DNA from: Bispira polyomma
Taxonomy: Eukaryota
Direction of reading: 5' to 3'
Assembly: GCA_965649765.1 (NCBI GenBank)
Contig: OZ287760.1
Coordinates: forward strand, 25,358,001-25,422,000
DNA length: 64,000 bases
The translations under genes were made by a program, and so were the position numbers. Under the pieces are notes generated by a model, which saw nothing but the letters and a program-made list of their open reading frames with translations, did no database searches and was not told the DNA's origin. Of this stretch, positions 38,310-51,385 are shown piece after piece (within the stretch, counting starts at the first letter, position 1; every line of letters starts with the position of its first letter).

Positions 38310-38974
38310 TATTCAAACGTGTCAGGAGATCCTTGTTCGGGTAAAATATAAGGTTCATAAAATACAAACAAGGGTTCTATTCTACTTTAATGAAAGTTTT
38401 ATTTCTGATGCCACAAAACATTAAAAGGTTTGGTAATAGGTAAAGGTGCATTTTGTTTTTCTGCCTCATAAAATACCAATTAAATCATTCTATCCTTACT
38501 TTGTTTTTAAAAAGTATAAATTAATTTAGTCATGGCAGATAAGGTTACTGACAATGAACTTTTAAATTATCACCTGATAGGATACATATATGTATCATTG
38601 AATTCTTTCTGATGTATGGATGTTTTTTTTTTCTCAGGGGCAGACATACCTGTAAATGAATTTTGCTTGGAGAATAGATATAGCCACCCTTTACAAAAAC
38701 AGTACTTAATTAAAATAGACAGAGAGAATTGCCATCGACAAGTGTCAGAAATATCTTTCTTATGTTCTGAAGCCAATATGTTAACTGAATAGTTGCAATT
38801 CTTAGAATTGTCTTAGTCTCAGCCAATCAGTCATGTCTTGAGAACAACATTTTCAGCCAGTCAAATTGACTAAGATAAAAAGATAAGCATTAGAATCTTT
38901 GTGAATACCAGTCCTTATACCTGAAGATGACCTATGAATGTGTTATAAGTGGCCAAATTAGCAGGGTTTGCTCA

Positions 38975-39320
38975 CCTTATTAGTAGCCAAATTGTTGTAC
39001 CTTACTGTATAAGAATTAAGCAGGATTTTCTAACTTTAAGTTTAGTAAGAGCCAAATTGTTGTACTTTACTGTGTTTGATTTAAACATGATTTTCTCACT
39101 TTAAGTTTAGTAGGAGCCAAATTGTTGTACTCACTGTGTTTGATTTAAGCATGATTTCCTCACTTTAAGTTTAGTAGTAGCCAAATATTGTACATTACTG
39201 TATACGAATTAAGCAGGATTTCCTTACTTTAGGTTTAGTAGTAGCCAAATTGTTGTACCTTACTCTGAATGATTAAGTAGGATTTCCCCACTTTAAATGT
39301 AATATGAGCCAAACTGTTTT
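38975..39320. repeat. ~65-bp tandem repeat, 5 copies
   Basis: agccaaattgttgtaccttactgt...ttaagcaggattt...actttaagtttagta. Confidence 0.85.
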
Positions 39321-39524
39321 AGTTGTGTACATCAAAACTGCTATTATCTTAACACCAAAGGAGAGTAAGAATTTTGTTTGGATGACAGAAGGTTTATAAA
39401 ACAGAAGAGATATTATGGCATTAAACAATAGGTAAATGTTAACTTGCCTCAGTAGAAATGAGTTTTCATTAAAAGCAAATATTCGGATAATAGAAAATTC
39501 ACAAAATAGAGTTTTCTACTGTAT

Positions 39525-40282
39525 TTAATAGGAAGAGTGGTATAGCTACTAGTATTAAAATTAATATAATAGGAAGAGTGGTATAGCTACTAGTATTATA
39601 ATTAATATAATAGGAAAAGTGGTATAGCTACTAGTATTATAATTAATATAATAGGAAGGGTGGTATAGCTACTAGTGTTATAATTAATACAATAGTAAGG
39701 GTGGTATAGCTACTAGTATTCTAATTAATATAATAGGAAGGGTGGTATAGCTAGTAGTATTATAATTAATACAATAGTAAGGGTGGTATAGCTACTAGTA
39801 TTCTAATTAATATCATAGTAAGGGTGGTATAGCTACTAGTATTATAATTAATACAATAGTAAGGGTGGTATAGCTACTAGTATTCTAATTAATATAATAG
39901 GAAGGGTGGTATAGCTGCTAGTATTCTACTTAATATAATAGGAAGGGTGGTATAGCTACTAGTATTCTAATTAATATAATAGGAAGGGTGGTATAGCTAC
40001 TAGTATTATAATTAATACAATAGTAAGGGTGGTATAGCTACTAGTATTATAATTAATACAATATTAAGGGTAGTATGGCTACTAGTATTATAATTAATAC
40101 AATAGTAAGGGTGGTATAGCTACTAGTATAATAATTAATATAATAGGAAGGGTGGTATAGCTACTAGTATTGTAATTAATACAATAGTAAGGGTGGTATA
40201 GCTACTTGTATTATAATTAATACAATAGTAAGGGTGATATGGCTACTAGTATTATAATTAATACAATAGGAAGGTGGTATGG
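39525..40282. repeat. 41-bp AT-rich minisatellite, left part
   Basis: Unit ataggaagggtggtatagctactagtattataattaatata, about 18 copies. Confidence 0.95.
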
Positions 40283-41088
40283 TGTTACGGTCACGGGAGC
40301 AAGCGCGGTAGCAATTACCGGTTGCTTTGAGGTTGTAACAGGAAAAGACAAAAAGTTTCACTTAACAAATTTATTTAACAAATAAAATAACAATTACAGA
40401 ATTACAGTCAACCGAGATACTCTTAATGGTTCATACAATAATACAATAATGAAACCAATCTGAGCTGACCACAGTCCTGTCCACATAAATAACAATTAAA
40501 CAAGTTTGTCCACTGTATCCAGCAATCTGTCTTGAAATCCGCTCGGTGTCCACACAATGCTTGTATCCTGTTATCCGTTCGGTGTCCACAAACACAAAAT
40601 GTATATATCCAGAGAGTCTGCACAACTAAGCTATCCAGTCCAGGATGCAAACAATATCCAATATGGAGTAAATCCAATCTTTGATAGATCCACAACTTTT
40701 ATCTAGTTCACTCCAATGAGCTTACCACAAAAACATATATAGTAATCAGTTTATATCCACAGGAAAAGAAATAAAATGTTTCACAGTATAGCAGTTCGTA
40801 TAGCACACCAACTCAATAAACTCTGGTCTGTGGCCAGGCTGTCAACCCTTATATATACAACTGCTAGAGAAGGCTGTAGAATATGTAAACAATTGCTAGA
40901 ACATTCCAGAGATGAGATATACATATGAACACAACTTTAATAACAACAGAAACAAAATAGAACCGGCTTCTAGAAGCTTAGGGGTTTCCCCAATTCTATA
41001 AATAGAACACTCTAGCAGAGTGTAAGAATCATTAGTACTAACTAGACCGGTTCTGCTTTAACACACTACAATGTCCTTATATGTAACA
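40283..41088 (-). repeat. 3' LTR
   Basis: Direct repeat of 45937-46742; adjacent to the polypurine tract. Confidence 0.95.
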
Positions 41089-41099
41089 CCTCCCCCCTT
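41089..41099 (-). promoter_or_regulatory. Polypurine tract
   Basis: AAGGGGGGAGG directly precedes the 3' LTR on the minus strand. Confidence 0.9.
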
Positions 41100-41285
41100 A
41101 AAGAAAAATTCTGGAAGCCAAGGGGTTACAAAATTTCATATTACACAAAACATAAGTGAATATACAGTGTACATATGTAATAACATTCTATGGAACATTG
41201 TATTTTAAGTTACACAAGTAATATCCATAAGTAAATATTTAAGTTTTACAAGTTTACTTTTCAGTTGTTAACATACAAAATGACC

Positions 41286-42560
41286 TTAACTACAACTTCT
41301 GGATAGAGCATCAGCACAAATGTTATCCTTTCCTTTAACATACTCTATTTGTAAACTGTATTCTTGCAAAACCAAACTCCAATTCAATAAACGTCTGTTT
41401 TTGTTTTTCATTTTGTGCAAGAATACTAAAGGGTTGTGATCTGTGTACACAATAGTTGGTTTTGATGATGAAGATATATAGATATCAAAGTGTTTAATGG
41501 CTAAAATGAGGGCTAAACATTCTTTTTCTATTGTAGAGTAATTCTTTTGATGTACATTAATTTTTTCCGAAAAATAACAAATGGGTTGTTCAATATCTTC
41601 ATCATCAGTCTGCAGTAAAACTGCACCTGCCCCAACATCACTGGCATCCACAGCTAGCCGGAATGGCCTACTGAAGTCTGGAGCAGTTAATACAGGCTCT
41701 GAACAGAGAACATTTTTTACTTTGTCAAATGCTTTTTGACAAGCTTCAGACCAGTGATATTTTATGCTTTTTTTAAGAGCTCAGTCAGTGGAGCAGTGAT
41801 ATCTGATAAATTTTTACAGAATTTTCTACAATAACCTGACATTCCCAGGAACCTCATCAATGAATGGGGTAGTCAATGATGCTTTCAACTTTTGCTTTAA
41901 TTGGTGTCACAACTCCATGACCCACTACATGCCCTAAGTAAACAACCTTTGCTTTTACAAAGTCACTTTTCGATAGATTCACAGTAAGGTTGGCTTGCTT
42001 GAGCTGAAACAGAACTTGTTCAAGTCTTTTTAAATGTTCTTCCCAAGTATCACTAAAGATGACAATATCATCCACATACACTTCAACCCCTTCTAAGTTC
42101 CTTAAACATATATTCATTAGTCTCTGAAATGTAGCTTGGGAATTTTTCATGCCAAATGGCATTACCTTGTACTGATACAGACCATTGTTAGTTACAAATG
42201 CTGATATTTCTTTTGCCCGTTCAGTAAGAGGTACACACCAGTAACCTTTCAATAAGTCACATTTTGTGATATATTTGGCTTTACCAATCCGATCAATACA
42301 GTCTTCCATTTTTGGGATAGGAAATGAATCGGTTTTACTCAAAACATTAACCTTTCTATAGTCTGTGCAATATCTAATAGAACCATCAGGCTTTGGGACC
42401 AAAACACAAGAAGATGCCCAACTACCTTGACTTGGTTCAATTATATCTTTGTCCAACATGTATTGCACTTCTTGTCTTAATTTTTCAAGTTTGATTGGGT
42501 TTACATGATACGGGTGCTGTTTGACCAGAATGGCATTGCCAACATCAACACCATGCATGA
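41286..42560 (-). pseudogene. Reverse transcriptase plus RNase H, frameshifted
   Basis: Gypsy-type RT motifs RYCTDYRKVN, DLLKGYW, MPFGMKNS and YVDD. RNase H motifs DASDVGAG, YSTIEKEC, TDHNPL and ADALSR. Confidence 0.95.
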
Positions 42561-42719
42561 GTACATTGGTTCTGTTACATTTTACATTTAACTTCAACAT
42601 CAGGATTGTCATCCCATGGTTCATGCTCCTGATTGTTGTCATTTACTACATTAGTCAGTAGCCATGACAGGCTTTGTCACACCCTTTTCAAAGTATGGTT
42701 TTACCATATTTACATGACA

Positions 42720-43760
42720 CAGTTGGGTTGACTTCCTTCTGTCCGGGGTTTCAATGACATAATCCAAATCACCTACTCTCTTTAACACTTTGTATGGCCC
42801 ATGATATCTGGCCTGTAACGTGTTCCCCCGTGTTCCCCTGGACAGGTAATAACACTAAAACCTTGTCTCCCGACTTTCTATCATAAAGCCTTTTCATTTT
42901 TGACTGAGAATGTTTCAAATTTTGTTGCGCTAGCTCACAAGCCCTTTTCAGCCTACTCCTAAACTTTGAAACATAATCTAACAGGTTTAGACTCTCAGAG
43001 TTCTCAGATAACCAATTTTCTTTCAACAACTTAAGAGGACCACGGACTGAATGACCAAACACCCAGTCTTTCTCATTGTCTAAGCAATATGTCCTAATCA
43101 TATTTTTAAAGTGGAATGGAACCTCTCAAGGGCACCTTGTGATTCTGGGTGATAAGCACTAGATTTGATGTTTGGCACCTAACTGAAACACAACTTGCTG
43201 AAATAATCCTGACATGAAATTTGACCCTTGATCTGACTGGATCTCCTTCGGTAAGCCAACTAAAGTAAAGAAATTGACTAAAGCTTTTGAAATTTTCGGG
43301 GCTGTTATGTTGGTCAAAGGTATGGCTTCAGGGAATCTGGTTGAGGCACACATAATGGTTAAGAGATATTGGTTTCTGGATTTAGTCTTTGGTAAGGGGC
43401 CTACACAATCAATTATCACCTTGCTGAATTCTTCCTCAAATGCTGGAATGGATTTTAGAGGAGCTACAGGAATCTTTTGGTTTGGTTTCCCTACAACTTG
43501 ACAATTGTGACAAGTTTTACAAAATTCTGCCACACGGCGCCGGATTTGAGGCCAGTAGAAATGCTTAGTTATTTTGCCACAGGTTTTATTGATGCCTAAA
43601 TGGCCACCCATTGGAGACTCATGAGCTAACCTCAATACATCATTTTGGTACATTTTTGGTAATACAATCTGATGAAGTATTGACCCGTTCTCAGAGGTAG
43701 GACACTTGGCGGCCTCCACTTTCGCATAAGCACACCATTTCTAATATAATAGCCTACTGG
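42720..43760 (-). pseudogene. Integrase, frameshifted and partly deleted
   Basis: HHCC motif (AHESPMGGHLG...CKTCHNC), core IIDCVGPLP and QSDQGSNF, and C-terminal GDKVLVLLP. Confidence 0.92.
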
Positions 43761-44020
43761 GACCTTATCTAGCTCTACTGGTGGTAACACCAATTTGAAT
43801 AGAGGGGCTAATTCAGGGTCATTTTTCTGCTCTACAATCAATTTTGATTTTGAGAGTGATACATCTGGATCATCATTTGGGTCTTGTTTCTCAGAATCTT
43901 CCCTACCTTTAGGGTCAATATCATGATTTTGCACATCATGGTCACAGTTGTTTAAGAAGACATCTGTAGATTGTTTACAATCTTTTGGTTCTTCTTGAGC
44001 TTTTTTAGCCATAGCTCGAG

Positions 44021-45826
44021 TCACAGCACAGGAGGGAAAATACCAGGAATAGCCTCTTCTAATTTCCTAATGCTAACCAAAGTGATCGGCTTAGAAGTAA
44101 CCTTAGGATCAGCAACAACCTTGCCACCTGCCAAATCGTTTCTCAACAGCAAAGACAACCCTTTAATGGGTAAAGTGGGCCTGGTACCCACCACAACAGA
44201 ACCAGTAACTAAGTCTGATACTAAGTTGACCTTATGTAAGGGAATGTTTACACAATCTCCTTCAATACCTTGAGCAATAATACTCTCACCAGTAGAAGTG
44301 CTTACACTCAATGGCAATACACCTTCTAAAAGTATTGACTGAGTAGCCCCAGTGTATCTTAATATCTTGATGGGAACTTGACTGGAACTACTTTCTAAGG
44401 ATACAAAACCCTCAGACACAAAAGGTTTGAACTCTTCCCTAATCTCAGACTTGACTAAACCAATACTAGAATCTGCTTTATTGGGATTTGAACGCCAATT
44501 GGATTTGCTAGAAATAAAGGCATTAGGTGTTGCCTCCTTTTCTCTCCTTTTCTTTAAGAGCCAACAGTCAGACATAACATGCCCAGGTTTTTTACAGTAA
44601 TGGCACACAGGAGCAAAGGACCTAGGTTTCCTATCCTTACTCATTGTCTGATTTGTTGTTTGAAACTTATCTGAACTCTTTTCTGGAGCTACATTTTCTA
44701 GTTTCTTTCCTACTTCAGGATAAAACTTCTTTGTGGGACCAGAGGATTTATTCTTGTTAAAAGTGGACTTGTGAGTCAGCGCATAATCATCAGCATAAGC
44801 TGCTGCTTTTTGCAAATTTTCTACTTTCTGTTCACCCAGATAGGTTTTAATGTCATCACGAACACCCCTTTTGAACTCCTCAATTAAAATGACTTGCCTA
44901 AGCTTTTCAAAGTCTGTACCAACCTCTCTAGAATTACACCATCTGTCAAAGTATACTTCTTTTTCATGGGCAAATTCAACATAAGTTTGATTTTCTTGCT
45001 TATGGTATTTTCTGAATTTTTGACGATATGCTTCTGGTACCAACTCATATGCTTTCAAGATAGCATTTTTCACACATTCATAATCTCTACATTCAGAAAT
45101 TGGCAAAGCTGTATATGCCTCTTGGGCTTTGCCTTTGAAAACACTTTGCAGTAGTAAAGGCCACTGGTTTGTGGGCCATTTCAAATTTTGAGCCACTCGT
45201 TCAAAATGTTGAAAATACTTATCAACTTCCGATTCGTTGAAAGGTGATACCAGTCGCATATTTTTACCAAAATCAAATTTGGTTGCCATGGACTCTTCGT
45301 GGGCAATTCGGCGAGCATTGAGTTCCAAAGCCTTCATTTCCCTTTCATGCTTAAGCTCAAGTTTTTTTTCAAATTTTTGAGCTTCGAGCTCTTCTTTTCG
45401 TCTTTGAGCCTCAAGCTCTTCTTTACGCTGTTGAGCTTCAAGCTCTTCTTTTCGTTGTTGAGCTTCAAGCTCTTCTTTACGCTGTTGAGCTTCAAGCTCT
45501 TCTTTACGCTATGGAGCTTCAAGCTCTTCTTTACGCTGGTGAGCTTCAAGCTCTTTAAGTTTTAGATCTCTTTCAATTTCTAATCGCCTGATCTCAAATT
45601 GCCCAGAAGGTTCCATTGACAGTGGTTTATACACTTCTAAAAAACTATCATGCAAAAGGTCTTCATCAACTAACTGTTCAACAATAAGCCTTTTAAGTTC
45701 ATGTTTACGTGTTGACCTTTTCACCTCTAACTGTAATTCTTGTGCTATCTGCATTAACATATCTTTTTTAAAAGTTTCCAAAACCTCAATAGATGGTGAC
45801 TGTACAAACTCTTTAGCACTAGCCAT
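44021..45826 (-). pseudogene. gag (coiled-coil repeat, SCAN-like capsid, CCHC knuckle) plus aspartic protease
   Basis: One frame from MASAKEF (45826) with a premature TAG at 45511-45509. It contains LVPEAYRQKFR...LRQVILIEEFK (SCAN-like), CHYCKKPGHVMSDC, and ILRYTGATQS (DTG changed to YTG). Confidence 0.9.
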
Positions 45827-45912
45827 TTTGAGCACTGTTGACTGTAATATATTTTCCAACAAAATAAATGATTTTTCAAAAAGCTAATTAAATAGTTAGA
45901 TCAAATGGTTGG

Positions 45913-45929
45913 ATCCCGGACGAACCCCA
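45913..45929 (-). promoter_or_regulatory. Primer-binding site, tRNA-Pro type
   Basis: Minus strand TGGGGTTCGTCCGGGAT resembles the tRNA-Pro PBS TGGGGGCTCGTCCGGGAT; it lies 7 nt from the LTR. Confidence 0.85.
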
Positions 45930-45936
45930 ATTTTCC

Positions 45937-46742
45937 TGTTTCGGTCACGGGAGCAAGCGCGGTAGCAATTACCGGTTGCTTTGAGGTTGTAACAGGAAAA
46001 GACAAAAAGTTTCACTTAACAAATTTATTTAACAAATAAAATAACAATTACAGAATTACAGTCAACCGAGATACTCTTAATGGTTCATACAATAATACAA
46101 TAATGAAACCAATCTGAGCTGACCACAGTCCTGTCCACATAAATAACAATTAAACAAGTTTGTCCACTGTATCCAGCAATCTGTCTTGAAATCCGCTCGG
46201 TGTCCACACAATGCCTGTATCCTGTTATCCGTTCAGTGTCTACAAACACAAAATGTATATATCCAGAGAGTCTGCACAACTAAGCTATCCAGTCCAGGAT
46301 GCAAACAATATCCAATATGGAGTAAATCCAATCTCTGGTAGATCCACAACTTTTATCTAGTTCACTCCAATGAGTTCACCACAAAAACATATATAGTAAT
46401 CAGTTTATATCCACAGGAAAAGAAATAAAATGTTTCACAGTATAGCAGTTCGTATAGCACACCAACTCAATAAACTCTGGTCTGTGGCCAGGCTGTCAAC
46501 CCTTATATATACAACTGCTAGAGAAGACTGTAGAATATGTAAGCAATTGCTAGAACATTCCAGAGATGAGATATACATATGAACACAACTTTAATAACAA
46601 CAGAAACAAAATAGAGCCGGCTTCTAGAAGCTTAGGGTTTTCCCCAATTCTATAAATAGAACACTCTAGCAGAGTGTAAGAATCATTAGTACTAACTAGA
46701 CCGGTTCTGCTCTAACACACTACAATGTCCTTATATGTAACA
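45937..46742 (-). repeat. 5' LTR
   Basis: Direct repeat of 40283-41088, with about 13 substitutions by eye (~98% identical); adjacent to the PBS. Confidence 0.95.
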
Positions 46743-47260
46743 TATGGCTACTAGTATTATAATTAATACAATAGTAAGGGTGGTATAGCTACTAGTATTC
46801 TAATTAATATAATAGGAAGGGTGGTATAGCTACTAGTATTCTAATTAATATAATAGGAAGGGTGGTATAGCTACTAGTATTATAATTAATATAATAGTAA
46901 GTGTGGTATAGCTACTAGTATTATAATTAATATAATAGTAAGGGTGGTATAGCTACTAGTATTATAATTAATATAATAGTAAGGGTGGTATAGCTACTAG
47001 TATTATAATTAATATAATAGTAAGGGTGGTATAGCTACTAGTATTATAATTAATATAATAGTAAGGGTGGTATGGCTACCAGTAGTATAATTAATATATT
47101 AGAATGGGTGATATGGCTACTAGCATTATAATTAATATAATAGGAAGGGTGGTATGGCTACTAGTATTATAAATAATATAATATTAAGAGTGGTATAGCT
47201 ACTAGTATTATAGTTAATATAATATGAAGGATGCTATGGCTACTAGTACTATAATTAATG
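46743..47260. repeat. 41-bp minisatellite, right part of the same array
   Basis: The same unit resumes after the TSD, about 12 copies. Confidence 0.95.
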
Positions 47261-47341
47261 TATTTTGTCGGAGTGTTGTATCAAATAATTTCTAGACTTA
47301 AAATGTAAATTGTTAAGTACAAATGTATACATAAAAGTAGT

Positions 47342-47793
47342 ACTGTAGAAACTCTATTATCTGAACATTTTGGAAAAAATCAATGGTTTTGTACGGATAT
47401 CAGAAGGTTTATAAAATAGAAGATGCATTTTAGTATAAAACAAGTATATGATGATAATGTAAATTTGGGAGTAGAGGGGAAATGAGTTCATCAAAATCAA
47501 ATATTTGGATCATAGAAGTTTGTTGGATAAAAGAGGTGAATTTATTTTATTAGAGTATTAATTGATCAACTGATTCGTTGGTTGACTTAAAATGTGATTT
47601 GTATATGCATAAGTTTACATAAAAGTAGTATGGTAGAACTTCTATTATCCAAACAGAGGGTTCATAAAATGGAAGAGGCGTTTCTGCATAAAAAAAAAAT
47701 CTATAGGCAAACATACATTGGGGAAAGAGTGGGAATAAGTTCAAAAAATAGAATATTCGGATAATATAATTTTAGATAGTAGAGGCTCTACTG
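47342..47793. mobile_element. Tigger-like MITE, family with ends cagtagaacctctattatc / gataatagaggttctactg
   Basis: TA-flanked inverted ends. Fragments recur at ~15698, 18260-18380, 39350-39522, 47900-48025, 53150-53240 and 60955-61120. Confidence 0.65.
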
Positions 47794-48928
47794 TATTAAG
47801 AGGGGGTTATAGCTAATAGTGTTATAATTGATTGATTTTGTCACAGAGTAATGTATCAAATAATTTCTTGTTTGACCTAAATGTGAATTGTGTATATAGA
47901 GGTAGTACAGTTGAACCATTATTATCTAAACATTTTGAAAAAGCAAGGTTTGGTTTGGATAACAGAAGGTTCATAAAACAGAAGAGGCTTGTAGTTTGTA
48001 CAGTGGAACCTCTATTATCTGAACTTCTGCTTAAAGAAACAAGTAAACTACATGTATTCTCGAAATATTAATTTATCGACAAAGTTTGGCAAAATTTATT
48101 GTTTTATGACTATACAGTAGAAGCTCTATATGATTAAGAAGGATTTTCTAGTTTTATAAAAAAAAAACCTTGGCCAAACTGTGGGTAGTTTACTGTAACT
48201 GTGGACCAGACTCGTGACTAATGGTGTGGTCTGGGGAAAATGTAGGCAGTTTCAACACGATTATATAATATGTTACCATATCTGTGCGTCTGTGCTCATT
48301 AAAACCAATTAAATTATTTTTAAATTCCTTTAAGCTTGAACTATCTCAGTCTCTCTTACATAACTCTGAACATAAACAAAAAAGAAATGATGTAAGAGTG
48401 AAACTCGATTCTCTTGTAGAAACAAAAGTTGGGTATATAGCTTGGACAAGACTGTCTACTTCTGTCAAAAGGTGTCAGAAGTGCATATAACACAGTGTGG
48501 AGAGAATACTCATAACATACGTGGGTTTATTAGAAAAAAGAAAGAAATGGATACTGTCACCAATCTCTGCCCCCACAAGGGTTTAAAACACAGACCCTTT
48601 TTTTAGAAACGATGAAAATTTTAAAGAAGAGGAAAAAACGTTCCTTCACATCTTGGTTGCACGAAAATTAGGTACAATTAGGTCGTCATTGGATGCTTTG
48701 CTGTTTGTGGGGAAGGGGCCATCCCTTAATTGAAAAGGACTGATTTCAAAACACTGTCTCACCAGGTTCTGAAATCAAAATCATTCTTTATTTAGAGCAA
48801 GAAGGGGCTAGAAGCATTAGCTCCACAATTCTCACTGACCTCTCTCACCAATGTGTGGGTTCAAATCCTGTATGTTCCTTCATGTTGGGAAATGTTTTGT
48901 CAGGTACCGGTACTTACCATAGGGGGTC

Positions 48929-49372
48929 GGTGGCTTACAGTGGCTTACAGTGACTCACAGTGGCTTACAGTGGCTTACAGTGGCTCACAGTGGTTTACAG
49001 TGGTTTACAGTGGTTTGCAGTGACTTACAGTGGTTTACAGTGGCTCACAGTGGCTTACAAGGGTTTAAAGTGTCTTACAGTGGTTTACAGTGGTTCACAG
49101 TGGCATACAGTGGTTTACAGTGGCGTACAGTGGTTTACAGTGGCGTACAGTGGTTTTCAGTGGCGTACAGTAGTTTACAGTGGTTTACAGTGACGTACAG
49201 TGGCGTACAGTGGTCTACAGTGGTGCACAGTGGTTTACAGTGGCTTACAGTGGTTTACAGTGGTTTACAGTGGTTAACAGTGGTTTACTGTGGCTCACTG
49301 TGGTTTACAGTGGCGTACAGTGGCTTACAGTGGCATACAGTGGCATATAGTGGCTTACAGTGGCTCACAGTG
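48929..49372. repeat. 10-bp tandem array (cagtggttta and variants)
   Basis: About 44 units; the repetitive ORFs at 48950 and 48960 are a by-product of the array. Confidence 0.95.
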
Positions 49373-51385
49373 TCATCACCTTTTTGTCACCTTTTTTCCA
49401 ATCATGTTCTATTACCCTAACACAAAGCTCCGTTGCTCTCTCCCTCCCAACGGATAATAGAGGGTTATACCATTTGTGGTCGTATTTTTCAGTTTACCTA
49501 CAAGTTTTAATTTTAACCGTTTCAACCCCTAGGTTGGTAAGGCAAGCGGTTGATGACAATTATAACTTCCAGGGCCCTATCTTTGTCGGCAAGGAGTTGA
49601 CACCCCCAAAATAATATTTTATATTCCTTGCATATGACCATAATGTATGCACCTTAGAATCCACCTTAATGTAGATTAAGCACTAAAGTTAAAACTTGAC
49701 TAAGGTATGTGAATTAAGGTGACCTTAACTTCCTCAGGTCACCCTAGCCCTGGCACCAGGTTTTAGGTTAGAAATGATTTTGACTAGAATAACAATTACT
49801 GTTGTTTAACCACCTTTGAATATAATTCAGATAAGATTATAGCTATAGCTGTTACCTATTGCTAAAAATTTTCTTGAATTTCTGGCAATTGTTTTCTCCC
49901 AGTATGGTAATGAAAGACCTTTTGACTCGTGCACAAAAAGTGTGGACTGCGCTGAATCTCTGAAATCTGAGATCGCTCTCTGTGTAATATCTCTGGATAC
50001 AGTAAACATTTGTTTGCTTATTTAAATTCCATGTTGGCAGCTCTGTTTAAATGTAATGGTCACAGCGTAAAGGTGATTTTCATATAAAGGAGCTTCACAA
50101 GGATTTATTTTTTAGTCGAGAGACTGGTGTAGTATATTATAAACTTAAAATAATAATAATATTATACCAGATTTATGTAGCACCCTATCCATTCATAGAA
50201 ATTATCTAAAGCGATTTAAAATATAGCATTGAGTAAAAATAATTATATAATACAGTACAATATAAATATATACTGTTTGATAAAACAGAACTTAAGCTAA
50301 AATTTGTTATTCTAAAGTTATTTTGACATTTTAATCTATTTCATAAACTGTTTTAGGAAGATGTGTTTTAAGTTGAGATTTGAAGGACCGTACGACCTTA
50401 GCATGTTTGACATGTTCTGGCAAATCATTCCATAATGCAGCTGCCATAGGTTGCAGTGTGTGTTTTTGGTACAACTAGCATATTTTTTGTTTATACCCAA
50501 ACTAAACGCCAATCTGGATTCTCTATCTAACTCTGGATTCTCTATCTAACTCTGGATTCTCTATCTAACTCTGGATTCTCTATGTAAACACATTGTCCAT
50601 TCAGATTCGACTTAACAGGGTTCCACTAAAGAAATCCACACACACAGCATCTATATTTTTGAGTAATAAGTGTTAAGGCATGGGTTTATACTATGTGATA
50701 TGTGGCTCTTTGTTGTCAGTTGTAGTGTGGTTTGCAAGTGTGGTTTACAAGTGGGCCGGCAGACCCCTGTGATTAAGTCACGACTTGTGGTCAATTATTA
50801 CCAGAAGAACATTATATCATCTGTATGTATATGTTCATTTAATGATTACATAACTCATCCCACATCAGGCTTCGGAATAGAGGGAGTAGTGGGGTGTTAG
50901 ATAACATCTGCATGTGTATCTTCATGTAATGATTACATAACCCACCAGGCTTCAGAATAGAAGGGGTAGTTGGGTGTCAGATAACCGCTTTACAGTGTAT
51001 AAAAATAATATAATACAAAGATATAATGGTGTAACCTTTTTAAAAAATAAATACACTTACAGTATGCTTGTGTAAATCAGCAAGTTTTTTTTAGAAAGAG
51101 TTAATCTTGGAACAACATTTTAGATATTGTATTATTCAATCAACTATTTTGAAAAGTAGTTCCCAAAACCAAAATGTAGTCCCTGTTATATCTATATTAT
51201 ATTTATTGTATTTATATCACGTATATTATATATATATATATATATAGCTTAAAAAAACGACAGGTCGACAAGTTAAAATAAAATAGAAAAATCGTACCAA
51301 AGGTTCACAGGTATGCGACTTAAAACAGAATTTTGTTTTACTCAATTCTATATTTTGCACAGATTCTACTTTGTTGAACCCCAAA

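Larger units (their letters stand above)
40283..46742 (-). mobile_element. Gmr1-like Ty3/Gypsy LTR retrotransposon with both LTRs, mutated
   Basis: 806-bp LTRs at 40283-41088 and 45937-46742, TGTTAC...GTAACA termini and a 5-bp TSD TATGG (40278-40282 / 46743-46747). PBS and PPT are present. Internal order is gag-PR-INT-RT-RH. Confidence 0.96.

Noticed and set aside
39525-47260. CRISPR-like appearance of the regular repeat arrays (also 17352-17660 and 18795-19053)
   Set aside because: Units are head-to-tail with no unique spacers, there are no cas genes, and the context is eukaryotic.
48950-49420. 156-aa repetitive ORF (SGLQWFTVAY)n
   Set aside because: By-product of a stop-free 10-bp tandem array grown from a SINE.
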